The translations under genes were made by a program, and so were the position numbers. From Cenococcum geophilum (taxonomy: Eukaryota), in NCBI GenBank assembly GCA_050273025.1, contig CP158635.1:14012001-14076000 (forward strand): a stretch of 64,000 nt of DNA, given 5' to 3'. Of this stretch, positions 50,047 through 63,200 are shown piece after piece (within the stretch, counting starts at the first letter, position 1; each line of letters opens with the position of its first letter). Under the pieces are notes generated by a model. The model did no database searches and was not told the origin of the DNA. It saw only the letters and a list, made by a program, of their open reading frames with translations.

Positions 50047-50552
50047 TAGGGAATAAGAAAATGGTAAGAAAAACCATAAGAAATCCTAACCCCTGTCCCT
50101 ATCCTTTTTTACTTTCTAATATCCTTTTAAGAGCCTAGTAGGAATTGCCTTCTTCTAGAATCCTATCTATTTTATTCTTCTATAGAATCTTCTTCACGTA
50201 CTAGTTTAACAGCTTTAAGAGTCTTATAGTCTTTACTATTAGTAAAGTGTTTTTCTTTATAATTAATGCAAAGAGGGGTGGTATGCTAGTAAGGCTTACC
50301 TATTATTATATAGGTAGAATAGGAATAGTCTTTAGATAAATATATAGCTGTATAGTATTTATAGGCCCTAGTAGAGCACCTATCTCCTATATGGCTAAAT
50401 TTTTAGTAGCTTATATACTGCGTAGTAGGAGAGACTTTAAGGTATTTTACTACCTTAGTAGCTATACCTGCAATTAATATCTCTTTTTACTTAAGAATTT
50501 CTTATCTTTTTTCTTTGTTCTTTATAGTAAAAACTATAAAGCTAAATCGAGT
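50047..50552 (-). mobile_element. Second copy of the ORF1-only family H derivative (ORF1 end and 3' UTR)
   Basis: Colinear with ~33788-34322, including the same ORF1-to-UTR junction. Confidence 0.8.
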
Positions 50553-50601
50553 ATTGTAATATTTATAAGACTCTTCTAGAATTGTTAATATACATAGCGC
50601 C

Positions 50602-52330
50602 GGAGCTCTTGCTGAACCCGGCCCAAAAAGACTAAAACCAATTAAAAGAACCCTAAAAAAACACCTAGAGAATCCCCCTAAGATGTATGCATCGCAGGGG
50701 AGGCACACGTCGAATGACGGTGGTTTGCACTTGCGCGCGTCTACTAGAACCACGCCTAGCAATGGCCCTCTATAATAAGAACGGGCGAATACCACACTAT
50801 AAAGCGGAAAGACCTCTATTAAGAAGGCATATAATAAAATATAAAGCCTATTAGACGTATCTAGTATCCGCAGTTACGGGGGAGTAACTGTTAGCTATAA
50901 TGAACTAATATAGCTAGTAGAATAGCTCCGCTAGTCTAGCGAACCTTAGGCGCCCCTCTAGCAAACCCTTAATTAAATCCTTTAATGGTTAAGCAAAATT
51001 AAAAATAAATAAAATCCCTCCTTACCGGCGAACCGTACCTAGGCCGCCGTAGCTATGCGTTTATAGTATAGGGAACCTACCCCCCTAAAGACAATATTTA
51101 GGTATATAATTATAATATAACTAAATATAGAAAAAGTAGAGGGGTTTAGGGGATAATTAGAAATAGAAGTTCTTACAGAGATCTATAAAGAGGTTTATAA
51201 TACTATTGCAGTCTAACACCTTAGGAGCGGAGATATTAGAGTTACCTTAAGGGACCAATAGGTAAAGAAACGAGCTATTAGGGCAGGGGATAGGCTAGGA
51301 GAACGTACTGGCATAAAAGTGCTTTATAAAGATTACCCAGTTAAAGTCCTAGTAGTTTCCCTAAGCCTTAGGGTAGAAAAGGGACGCCAGGCGGACAATA
51401 TAGCAATTATATATAAGATAGTAAAACAAACGGAACGCCTTATATTAGGATATAAGATTACCTAAATCTAATGGCTTTAACAGAAAAATATAAATTAAGT
51501 ATATAATAAGAATAATAAAAGAATATAAGGGTCGTTAGAGACTTGCTAGGGAAACGCCGGTTAAACATATAGCTCCTTTATTATTAGTATATATATACTA
51601 GGAATACAAAAACTCCTTATTTAAAAAGGTATTATTATAAATAGCCTTATAAATAACGTAAGGCTCTATAACTATAGACTCCGCCTAAAATAATGCTATC
51701 GCTATGTATAATGGGGGCATACCTAATCTATATGCGCAGTATAGGTATGCTACGGCCACTATATAGGCCCCTACAATATAAGACACTGCTTAAATTAAGA
51801 CTAAATAAAATACGTAAACTGCTACTAAAGTATATATAAGGCGTGGGAGAGAAAAGACTATATTAAATATAGGAGACGGAAGGTAAGGGCTTAACAGCTA
51901 CGGGAATAACTGCACGCTAGGTTATATAAATAAAAATAATAGGCAATAAGTTAGGGGGGCGTAAGTGCCTTTCTAGCGTTTTCTACCTTTAATACTAGGG
52001 GGCTAGGCTAGCTATCCTAAGCCTTAACGGGCTAGAAGCGACGCCGCGCGATATTATTAGACTATATAGGGATATAAGGGTTATAGGGGACATAAGGGAG
52101 AGGACGCCCTATAGGAAGACCCTTATAGACAGCTATAGTAAGCTTAAGACTAGGATAATTAAGAATTAGACTTAACGCGGCAAATATAATATTTATAGCT
52201 AACTCTTAAAGGGTATATAGCTAACTAGTAAGAATAGTGAAAGAACCGGAGATAATAATAGATTTAGATATAGAAGCGCTAGTAGGAATATAAGATATAG
52301 GAATGGAAAGCTCTATATAAAATAAATAAT
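50602..52330 (+). mobile_element. LINE family L, 5' part (ORF1), interrupted
   Basis: Near-identical to 53987-55715; both copies start at GGAGCTCTTGCTG. Confidence 0.9.
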
Positions 52331-53874
52331 ATTAATAATATAATAATTCCTTGCTTAACGTCCGATTCGGATCCCTATTAGGCCCACGCGGACTACTCCT
52401 TATATACATATAGGGAGAAAACTCTATTTGAGAAAACCCCGTAATCTATCTCCCCGCCTTTTAGGACTCGCCTATAAGTTACCTATAGTGCTCCTACTAC
52501 CTTACTTTTTGACCTCCTTGGGAACCACTGCTGCCGTAATAAGCCTACGGACGCGCTAGTATTATAAACTTTACTTTACTACTATAGAGTTAACAGGGGG
52601 CACCTGTTACTCGCCCCCCTGCCTTTTATTGCTATTTCCTTTACAACCCAGAACTGGTTTAGTATATTTTGGCTAATAAGCTACTAGGTAACCGCCTTAA
52701 GGCCTTTTTATATTAAGAGTAGTATCTTATAGTTCTTTATGCTAGCTACTAAGAGCATTACTTCTTGGTTAGTATATAAGGGGCATAGCAGTATTATATA
52801 CTTTAGTGTCTGTTTTAGCCAGCTATATTTATATCTTGGGTTACCTACTAGGACACCTACCTAGTAGAGCCAGTCTTTTAGTCCTATTACTCCTATTCTT
52901 AAAAGTGTTGCCATTATATTTTCTGCCTTTATTAGGCCTTCTTAGAGCCCTAGAGTGTTTACCCCCTATAGCGTTAACTATGCTACAGCTTAGGTTCTTC
53001 TTGCCTTAGTTAATCTCTATACCTTTAACTCCTATACGCCTCTCTAGCGTTAATCCAGCCAGTATTATATTACGGTAGTTGGTTTCCCGGCGTTCTTTTA
53101 TACTTTACTTTAGCTCTTTTCTCTCTTTTACTGTTGTCCTTGCTAGCCTCTTACGCGTTTCCCTTTCTCCTCTATATAGGCCTAGGCCCTAAAGCAGCAC
53201 TATTCTTCTTCTACTTTCTTTACCTGTTTCTCTAATATATCTTCCCTACTTTAGGGTTATTGGTTTATTCTCCTATAAGGCGCCCTAGGGTCCCTTTATA
53301 GTTTATTTAGGCGTGTCTTAATATACTTTATAATATTAGAGTTGCGTTCCTTTTACGCCCTTTATATTACAGCGGCTTTAATATATAGTTATAGGGGGGG
53401 AATATTAGCTTCCTTCTTAAGTAGTACTGTAGCTATTTGCTTATATCCGCCTGTTATACTCTAAAGGTAGGCTATTTAGACCTTTTAGAGTGGTTTAAGG
53501 AGCGATTTAGGGGAGCCTTTCTTAGATTCTCTAATGGCCCAAATACTGGACCTATATATTATGGTTAGCTAAATAACTACTATATATAGTAGGCGTGACC
53601 TCTAGAAGTATAGACCCTATATAGAATTAACGATCCTAGATAATATAATATACTATACTTAGCCCTTACGGGCCGCTTAAGCCGCATGTGCGCTCCACCG
53701 GAGCTTACTGTCTACCTATACTCCTAATACTCTTAGGCTCTAAACTGGCTAACCCCTAAAGCCTTAGATGCGAATTATATGCTAAAGATCTGCAGATTGG
53801 TTGCGTTTTCTTATAAAATAGATTAGCTGGTACTTCTCTAGTAAGAATTGGACTTTATATCGTCTTGCCCATTT
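52331..53874 (-). mobile_element. LINE family L, 3' part in opposite orientation
   Basis: Reverse complement of ~57970-59526, with its tail facing 52331. Confidence 0.9.
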
Positions 53875-53986
53875 TATTATTTACACGCTTGCAGAGAAGA
53901 GGATTAATTAATCTAATTAATATAGGGAGAATTGGCAGTATTACCAGATCAATATTACTGCTGTTGATATTTTCTAAGAACCTTTT

Positions 53987-56900
53987 GGAGCTCTTGCTGC
54001 ACCCGGCCCAAAAAGACTAAAACTAACCAAAAGAACCCTGAAAAACACCTAGAGAATCCCCCTAAGATGCATATATCGCAGGGGAGGCACACGTTAAACG
54101 ACGGTGGTTCGCACTCGCGCGCGTCCACCAGAACCACGCCTAGTAATAGCCCTCCATAATAAGAATGGGCGAATACTATACTATAAAGCGGAAAGACCTC
54201 TATTAAAAAGGCATCTAATAAAATATAAAGCCTATTAGACGCGTCTAGTATCCGTAGTTATAGGGGAGTAACCGTTAGCTATAACGAACTAATGCAGCTA
54301 GCAGAATGGCTCCGCCAGTCCAGTAAACCTTAGGCGCCCCTCCAGCAAACCCTTAATTAAATCCTCCAACGGCTAAGCAAAATTAAAAATAAATAAAATC
54401 CCTCCTTACTGGTGAACCGCACCTGGGCCGCCGTAGCTGTGTGTCTATAGTATAGGGAACCTACTCCCCTAAAAATAATATCCGGGTATATAATTATAAT
54501 ACGACCAAATATAGAAAAAGCAGAGGGGCTTAGGGGATAATTAGAAATAGAAGTCCTTATAAAGATTTATAAAGAGGTCTATAACGCTGTTATAGTCCAA
54601 CACCTTAAGAGCGGAGATATTAGAGTTACCCTAAGGGACTAATAGGCAAAGGAATAAGCCGTTAGGGTAGGGGATAGGCTAGGAGAACGTATTGGCATAA
54701 AAGTGCTCCGCGAAGATTACCCAGTTAAAGTCCTAGCGGTTCCCCTAAGCCTTAGGGTAGAAAAGGGACGCCAGGTGGATAATATAGCAACTATATATAA
54801 GATAGTAAAACAAACGGAATGCCTTATACTAGGACTTAAAATTACCTAAATCTAATAGCTTTAATAGGAAAATGCAAACTAAGTATATAATAAGAATAAT
54901 AAAAGAACATAAGGGTCGCCAGAGACTCGCTAGGGAAACACCGGTCGAATATATGGCTCCCTTATTGTTAGCATATATATACTAGGAATGTAAAAACTCC
55001 TTATTTAAAAAGGTATTATTATAAATGGCCTTATATATAACGCAAGGCTCTATAACTATAGACTCCACCTAGAATAATACTATTGCTGCGTATAATAGGG
55101 GCATACCTAATCTATATGCGCAGTATAGGTATACTATGGCCACTATGCAGGCCCCTATAATATAAGACACTGCTTAAACTAAAACTAAATAAAATGTGTA
55201 AACTGCTACTAAAGTATATATAAGGCGTAGAAAAGAGAAGACTGTATTAAATACAGGAGACGGAAGGTAAGGGCTTAACAGCTACGGGAATAACTACACG
55301 CTAGGTTATATAAATGGAAACAATAGGCAATAAGCTAGGGGGGCGCAGGTGCCTTTCTAGCGTTTCCTACCTTTAACACTAGGGGGCCAGGCTAGCTATC
55401 CTAAGCCTTAACGGGCTAGAAGCGACGCCGCGTGATATTACTAGACTGTATAGGGATATAAGGGTTATAGGGGATATAAGGGAGAGGACGCCTTATAGGA
55501 AGACCCTTATGGACAGCTATAGTAAGCTTAAGACTGGGATAATTAAGAATTAGACTTAACGCGGTAAATATAGCATTCGCAGCCGACTCTTAAAGGGTAT
55601 ATAGCCAACTAGTAAAAATAGGGGAAGAACTGGAGATAATAACAGATTTAGATATAGAAGCGCTAGTAGGAACATAAGACACGGAAATAGAAAGCTTTAT
55701 ATAAAATAAGTAGTAACTAGAGTGCAGACATAAGAGATAGAAGTTTTAAATATCCTAGAGAAAGTAGAAACAGAAGAAGCGAGGAACGATAGAGAGGCGA
55801 AGGACCCTTGCCGGGGGTCCGCCACCTATCTATTATATAGTATAACTATAGCAATATAAATCACCGTCTTGTAAGGCCCTTACTAGATAGTCTAGACCTA
55901 GAGAAATACTATATCCTTGCTATATAAAAGCCGTACTATAATACCTATATATAATTAACATACTGCCCTTAAGAATTCTAGCTCCTATATAAACTAAAAG
56001 CAGCTATACGCGTATGCTTTATAATTAGTAAGGCTATTAGCCTATCCTTATAGTTATAGTAGGCAGTTAATCCAGATATTGTAGTTATAATAATTTAGAT
56101 ATATAGAGGACCGGTACAAATTATTAATGTGTATAACCCTAGGGTCGAAGGGGTCCCACAAATAAAGAATATTATATTAGTAATAAGCTTACTTAAAACC
56201 GAAGGTATAGAGTCTATCCTATTAGGAGATATAAACCTCTACTACCCGCGGTGGGGGGGTATCTACGTCGCTGCTAAATGATAGGTAGAGTGCCTACTAA
56301 AAGCTATAAATACCTGGGGCCTTAAGCTGGCTACCCCCCCTAGAGCAATTATATGGTAATGAGGATCCGCTAGAAGTATAATTGACCTTATATTTATAGA
56401 CGAAGGCCTATACCAGAGACTTAAAAGGTGTAACCCTAAAGAAGAATAGGCACTTACCTTAAACCATATCCCCATCTAGATACAGCTAGATTTGGATATT
56501 AAGGCGCAACTAAATAGTAAAAGATATGTAATAAGGATACTTAAGGCAGACAGTTTCCTTAATATAGTTAAATAACAACTCTAAGACCTAGAAGAAATCC
56601 ACCTAATACTAAACGAGCGAGGCTTATTAGCCACCCCTAAGGAAATCGACCGAAGACTAGAAAGGATTTAGGCAGCGATTAAGAATAGGCTAGAAGAGTA
56701 CTACCCGGTCTTAAGACCGGGCCCCTATACGCGACATATATAGTCCGTATAATGCGCGGTTCTTATAGCTAGCTAACGATAAGCAAGAAGGAAATACTTA
56801 AGTAGCTATAACCCTAAAGATAAGAGATAATATAAAGACACAAGAAACCAGTTAAAGAATACTCTAAAAAAAGAAGTAAGGAACAACTGGAGACGATTTA

Positions 56901-59526
56901 TAAACGAGCATACTTTTAACCCGAGCCTCCCTTATAATAAGGGCTTATGGGCTATAGCGAAATAGGTAAAGAAAAAGGCAGGGCGACTAGTAGAAGACTT
57001 ATATCTACCACCCCTACGAAGAGCAAGGGAGTTATAGGCCACTAATAATAACGATAAGAAGGCAAAGATCCTTATAAAAAGGTTCTTCCCCTAACTAGCT
57101 CTAGTAGACCTTAGTGACATTACGGGCGAAGCACCGGTGACTCGCCTGTGGGTCGACAGCGACATAATAACAGAGGAAATGGCCAGAACTATTAGCCGCC
57201 TTTTAAATAATATAGCACTAGGTCCAGATAGGATTCTAAATAAGGCCTTAAAGACCTATAGACCACTTATAGCACCCTAGCTTACGGATATAGCTAAAGC
57301 ATACTTTGCTATAGGCTACTACCCACGACTCGGAAGATTTATAACGACGGTTGTTCTATAAAAAGAAGGTAAAGTAGATTACTTAATCCCAGAAAGCTAC
57401 CGCCTTATTGCCCTAAAAAACACCCTTAGCAAGATCTTAGAAAAGGTAATAGCGGACCGCATAGCAGATACGGCTAAGGAACACGCCCTACTACCACAAA
57501 GCTAAATAGGGGCAAGAAAGAACCGCTTAATACTATCAGCACTTACGCTACTCGCTACTACTATTAAATCTGCATAGGCGATGCGAAGGGACTTCGTAGT
57601 ATTAATGCTTAGCCTAGATATTAGCGGCGCCTACAATAACGTGCCCTACGAGCGTCTCCTATATATCCTTAGGGCAAAAGGCTTCCTAGAATAGATTGTA
57701 TAATTTATCTAAGGGTTTATAGGTTAAAAAGAAACATTACTAGTCTTTAGCGGATACTAGAGCCCCCCTATTGTAGTTATAACAGGAATACTATAAGAAT
57801 TACCCCTCTCGCCTATACTCTTCCTTTTCTTCGTAAGTAACCTACTTAACTCCTTTAAGGAAGGGGCGACCTAGGGGATAGGCTTCGTTAACGACACAAA
57901 CCTAATTATATACGGGCCATCAGCCGCAAAGAATTGCAGAATGCTAGAAAAAGCCTATAACACCTATATAGAATAGGCAAGACGATATAGAGTCTAATTC
58001 TTACTAGAGAAATACCAGCTAATCCATTTTATAAGAAAATGTAACTAATTTGTAGATCTCTAGCACATAATCTATATCTAAGGCTTTGGGGGTTATCTAG
58101 TTTAGGGCCTAAGGGTATTAGGAGTATGGGTAGACAGCAAGCTCTAGTGGAGCGTATATACGGCGCAAGCGGCTCGCAAGGGCTAAGTATAGTATATCGC
58201 ATTATCTAGGATCGTCAACTTTATATAGGGCCCATGCTTCTAGAGGTCACGCCTACTATACACAGCAGTCGTCTGGCTAACCATGACGTATAGGTCTAGT
58301 ATTTGGGCTATTAGAGAATCTAAGAAAGGCCCCCCTAAGTTGCTCCTTAAACCACTCTAAAAGGTCCAAATAGCCTACCTTTGGAGTATAATAGGTGGAT
58401 ATAAGCGAACGATCACAGTACTGCTTAAGAAGGAAGCCAATATTCCCCCCCTATAACTATATATTAAAGCCGCTGCAATATAAAGGGCCTAAAATAAACG
58501 TAACTTTAATATTATAAAGTATATTAAGACACGCCTAAACAAACTATGGAGGGACCCTAGGGCGCCCTATAGGAGAATAAACTAACAACCCTAAAGTAGG
58601 GAAGATATATTAGAGAAATAGGTAAAGAAAGTAGAAGAAAAATGGTGCTGCTTTAGGGCCTAGGCCCATATAGAGGAGGAAGGGAGACGCGTAAGAGGCT
58701 AGTAAAGATAATAGTAAGAGAGAGAAAGGAGCTAAAGCAGAGCATAAAAGAACGCTAGGAAACCATCTACCGCAATATAATACTGGTTAGACCAACGCTG
58801 GAGAGGTATATAGGAGTTAAAGGTATAGAGGCTAACTAAGGCAAGAGGAACCTAAGCCGTAGCATAGTTAACGCTATGGGGGGTAAATACTCTAGGGCTC
58901 CGAAAAGGCCTAATAAAGGTAGAAAATATAATAGCGACACTCTTAAGAACAGGAATAATAGGACTAAAAGACTGGCTCTACCGGGTGGGTGTCCTAGTAG
59001 GTAACCTAAGATATAAATATAGCTGGCTAAGACAGACACCAAAACACGTAATACTGTTATGCCCCTTACGCACCAACTAAGAAGTAATACTTTTAGTAGC
59101 GGGCATAGAGAACTATAATACACTGCTCTTAATATAAAAAGGCCTTAAGGCGGTTACCTAGTGGCTTATTAGCTAAAATGTACTAAACCAGTTCCGGGTT
59201 ATAAGGGAAATGGTAATAGAGGGTAAGGGGGTGAGTAACGGGTGCCCCCTAATGACTCTACAGTAGTAGAATAAAGTTTGCGATACTAACGCGTCTGTAG
59301 GCTTGTTACGGCAGCAGTAGTTCCTAAGAAGGTTAAAAAGTAAGGTAGTAGGAGCACCACAGGTGACTCGCAGGCACCTCGTAGGCGCCTCGTAGGCGAG
59401 TCCCAAAAGGCAGGGAGATAGATCACGGGGTTTTCTTAAATAGAGTTTTCTCCCCATATGTACATAAGGAGTAGTCCGCGTAGGCCCAATAGGGATCCGA
59501 ATCGGACGTTAAGTAATGAATTATTA
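53987..59526 (+). mobile_element. Full-length Tad1-like LINE (family L), RIPped
   Basis: ORF1 with CCHC knuckles (~55075-55230). ORF2 APE (GD.NL..PRWGG ~56230) and RT (SYRLIAL.NTLSKILEKV, LDISGAY, PLSPILFLFF, GFVDD ~57890). TSD TTAATTAATCTAATT at 53904-53918 and 59527-59541. Confidence 0.93.
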
Positions 59527-60299
59527 TTAATTAATCTAATTGGTGGGTATGGGCTTAAAGGCATTAATTAAGAATGGGTATATTCGCAAGGCTATTTATA
59601 AGGGATTGCCCTGCCTTAACTAAATGTGATACCTATAGACCCGTACGCAAGCATATCGCTATAGTATCTATTTATAAAGCCTAAAATATGCAACTAAAGA
59701 AAAAGGTATAGGTGGGAGGGAAAGCAAGCAAGCAAGGCTTAATTTTGTAAATGTTGATAATATTAGTGTTGCTAAGATGCAGGGGTGCTGCTGTAGTGCT
59801 CGCTTAGCCACATAGATATATCCATCTATTATTTACACGCTTGCGGAGAAGAGGATTAATTAATCTAATTAGTGGGTACGGGCTCAAAGGTATTAATTAA
59901 GAATGGGTATATTCGCAAGGCCATTTATAGAGGATTGCCCTGCCTTAACTAAACGTGATACCTATAGACCCGTACGCAAGCATATCGCTATAGTATCTAT
60001 TTATAAAGCCCAAAATATGCAACTAAAGAAAAAGGTATAAGTGGGAGGGAAAGTAAGCAAGCAAGGCTTAATTTTATAAATGTTAATGATGTTAGTGTTA
60101 CTAAGATGCAGGGGTGCTGCTGTAGTGCTCGCTTAGCCACATAGATATATCTATCTATTATTTACATGCTTGCGGAGAAGAGGATTAATTAATCTAATTA
60201 GTGGGTACGGGCTTAAAGGCATTAATTGAGAATGGGTATATTTGCAAGGCTATTTACAGGGGATTGCCCTGCCTTAACTAAACGTGATACCTATAGACC
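59527..60299 (-). repeat. Head-to-tail 329-bp repeats = split direct repeats (B1-A2-B2 plus an extra A-B) of the Ngaro element; the outermost 44 bp lie at 53875-53918
   Basis: Junctions at 59825-59827 and 60154-60156 give a period of 329. The partial unit 60156-60299 abuts the recombinase 3' region. Confidence 0.8.
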
Positions 60300-63200
60300 T
60301 AGAAGCGCAGCGCCCGTACCACACAAGGTAGAGTAGGGGGAAAAAAAATAAAAAATAAAAAAGGGGGGGGGAAAGGAGAGATTTAAGTTAATGTATTAGA
60401 GTGCTAAAATAGGCACTCCTACACGCCATTGTGCCTAAATACCTTTGCCCATTATATCTAGGGCAAGTAATAATAAGAACGGTATTAGCGTTTTATATTA
60501 GAAGTTTATACTTAGCTAAAATAGGTCTTTTAGGGATGATAAATAGTAAAGCTGGAACGCTTATAAGGACCACCGGCCTAATTGCTATATTTAGCCGTCC
60601 GTAAAATCGTTATCTTAAGCGTATTAAGCAGCACCTTTCCGAAACAAGTGTCCGTTATAAAGCTTAGAGTAAAGGCCGAAAGCGGCAACTCTATACTTTA
60701 GCTTATTTCTAACCGCGTAGCTTATAAAGGCCGATCTCTTAAAGTAAAAGAGAGGGGCGTTTCTAGGTTAGGGGTTATTTTTAAATAGGTATTTTATAGC
60801 TCAAACTGCGTATTTAGGTTGCCCTAAAGCGGCAATCGTGATTAAGACTCCTTAGTAATTAACGTCCGTTTTACTACGCTTTAGACGTAATGTTATATAG
60901 TCCTCTATTAGTATTATATTATTTCTGGTATATTTTATAGCAGAAAAGGCATAGCTATCTTTCTAAGCCTTAGTATAGGTAATCTTGCCTAAATAAAGGA
61001 ATCCTATAAAGGCTATAGTAACGGCGGCGTTAAAGTTAAGATCCTTAACGGATTAGGCATTTAGGGTAACTAATTAGGTAAGGATGTCTTTAGTAATTAG
61101 CAATCTTTTAGCCGTAGTAGAGGGATTTATAGATATTGCACCGTCTAGGATCCTCTTAATAATAGGATTATTAAAGATAGAGGTGTTATAATTAGCGTTA
61201 ATATAGTAGGATTAAATTGCGGAGACATAGGCTCTAACTATAGTAGGCTTAATACGGCTTATTTCTAGACTAGTATTACCAAAAATCCGTTAGGTAATCC
61301 ATTCTCCTAGGTAGTAAAGGGGCGCTAGGTACTTCACCGCTCCGTAAAAGTCGTAGTAGCCCTCCTAACTCTTGATTACGGGATAGTATAAATCTCTTGT
61401 TCTATTAGAGAGGCCGTGCTATAATAGTTAGCCGAAGTATTCTAAGGGGGCTTTTACCTTAATCCAGAAATTAGGTAGGGGGTCTTTAAGAGGGACTAGG
61501 TCTCCTATTTTAGCGTTAGATTAAATATAATAAAGAAGTGTATAGTAATAGTAAATTAGAAGTATCCTAATACGGGCATAGTAATAACACCCTATTATAA
61601 TTAAAACGAGATAGAGCATTAGCTAGCCCGTTTTCTATAGAGGAAACCCACTTTATATAGAGCGTAATATTATAGGCTGCGGCTAGTTAGAGGATCTTAC
61701 GGAGCGGGTAATTACCCAGTCCTTTTACCACCGTATTCTAGAATCCTAAAAGTGCTACTATATTATCCGTATAGATATAAACTAAGCTATACTTTTACCG
61801 CATTACCCAAAGCTAGAACAAGGTCGTAATCGCTTAGACCTCCCGCTTATTAATTAGGGTAAGGCGGTGTTCTACATTAGGGTAGCAGCTTAAAGAATTA
61901 TCTTAGGGTAGAGATACCAAATAGGGCGGCTATGTTATCCCTTAAGAATCCTTAAGGAAGAAGAAGGCCCTATAACTAAGAATCCCGGATACGTTTAAGA
62001 AGAGATAGAATTATTTTTAATCCATATCGTTAAAGAAGAGGATACCATTTAAAAGGGTAAAAGCATCCCTCTACTATAATAAGTCTTAGCGAAGTTCAGC
62101 TATTAGCCGTTAGCGAGGATAACCACCTACCTTTATAAAAGTAGAGATAAACTCCTAGATAGAGCGGTTATATAAACGCCTAAGCCTAATTACCTGGGCG
62201 CTCCAAGCAAGTCTACTAGCTAGTTTTTAACTCTAAACCAGCGTTAGGAATCTACCACTTAACGCTTTATTAATCTCCTTAATCACAGTAGCCTGTTTTA
62301 AAGGAGAAAGACGCAGCTTAGACTTTAGAGTATCTATAATATAACCTAGAACTTTAGCCATAGTGCCTTTAATATTCTTTAATTTGTTTTATAGGATGCC
62401 TAATTTATTGCTTAATTAGTTATATATACTAAGCAATTAAGGAAGAATAGAAGCGTTAGAGAGTATAAAGATAAAGTTATCTAGATAGTGCTCTAAGGCG
62501 GCGTTTAGGATATATTAGATAAGTATCCAGTAAAATCCCTCCGCAAAAAGATTAAATAAAAAGGGTGCAGTTTAAAGGCTAAATAAGAGGCAACGTTCGA
62601 AATACACTATACCCTTCTAGGAGAACCCTATAAGGCGTTAAGCTTTAATAGAAAGTAGGATATTCTAAAAGGCGTCCTTAATGTCCCTCTTAACAATTAT
62701 GCAACTATAGCCTATATATATAACGTATTAGAAAACCTAATTAACTGTTAAATATTATAGTGTGGCGAATGCTATAGGGATTAAGTCGTTAATAGATCGG
62801 CTAAATAGTAAGGATAAGTTATAAATACGGCGCCATTCCTTATCTGCTTTAGGTATTAAACCTAGCGGCAAGGACATAATAGGAGACGTTACTATTATAA
62901 TCCTACCTATATCTAGATCGGCGCTAATCTTCTCTAAGATTAGGACCGTATTTACAGCTATTAAGGCTTAGTTTTTTTTAAAAAAGGAGCTTAATTTCTA
63001 GGTCTGCCCTAATCTGGCATCCGAACTTTAAAATACTAATAATATTACGTTAGAGGTTACTAGGGTATAGGAATAGATAACGCCCCCACGCTTAAATAAT
63101 TAAGGGGGAGGGAGAGTCCTGTAGAGAAGAGGAGGGCAGGAAGACTAGAAATAATAGTATAGTATTTAGCCTACCCGTACTATAAGGGTAGAGCATAGTT

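Noticed and set aside
60480..61480. Starship captain or Crypton recombinase mobilising the gene cluster
   Set aside because: The recombinase lies directly downstream of a DIRS/Ngaro-type RT, is RIP-dead and is 30 kb from the cluster; no captain-like gene is visible in the window.
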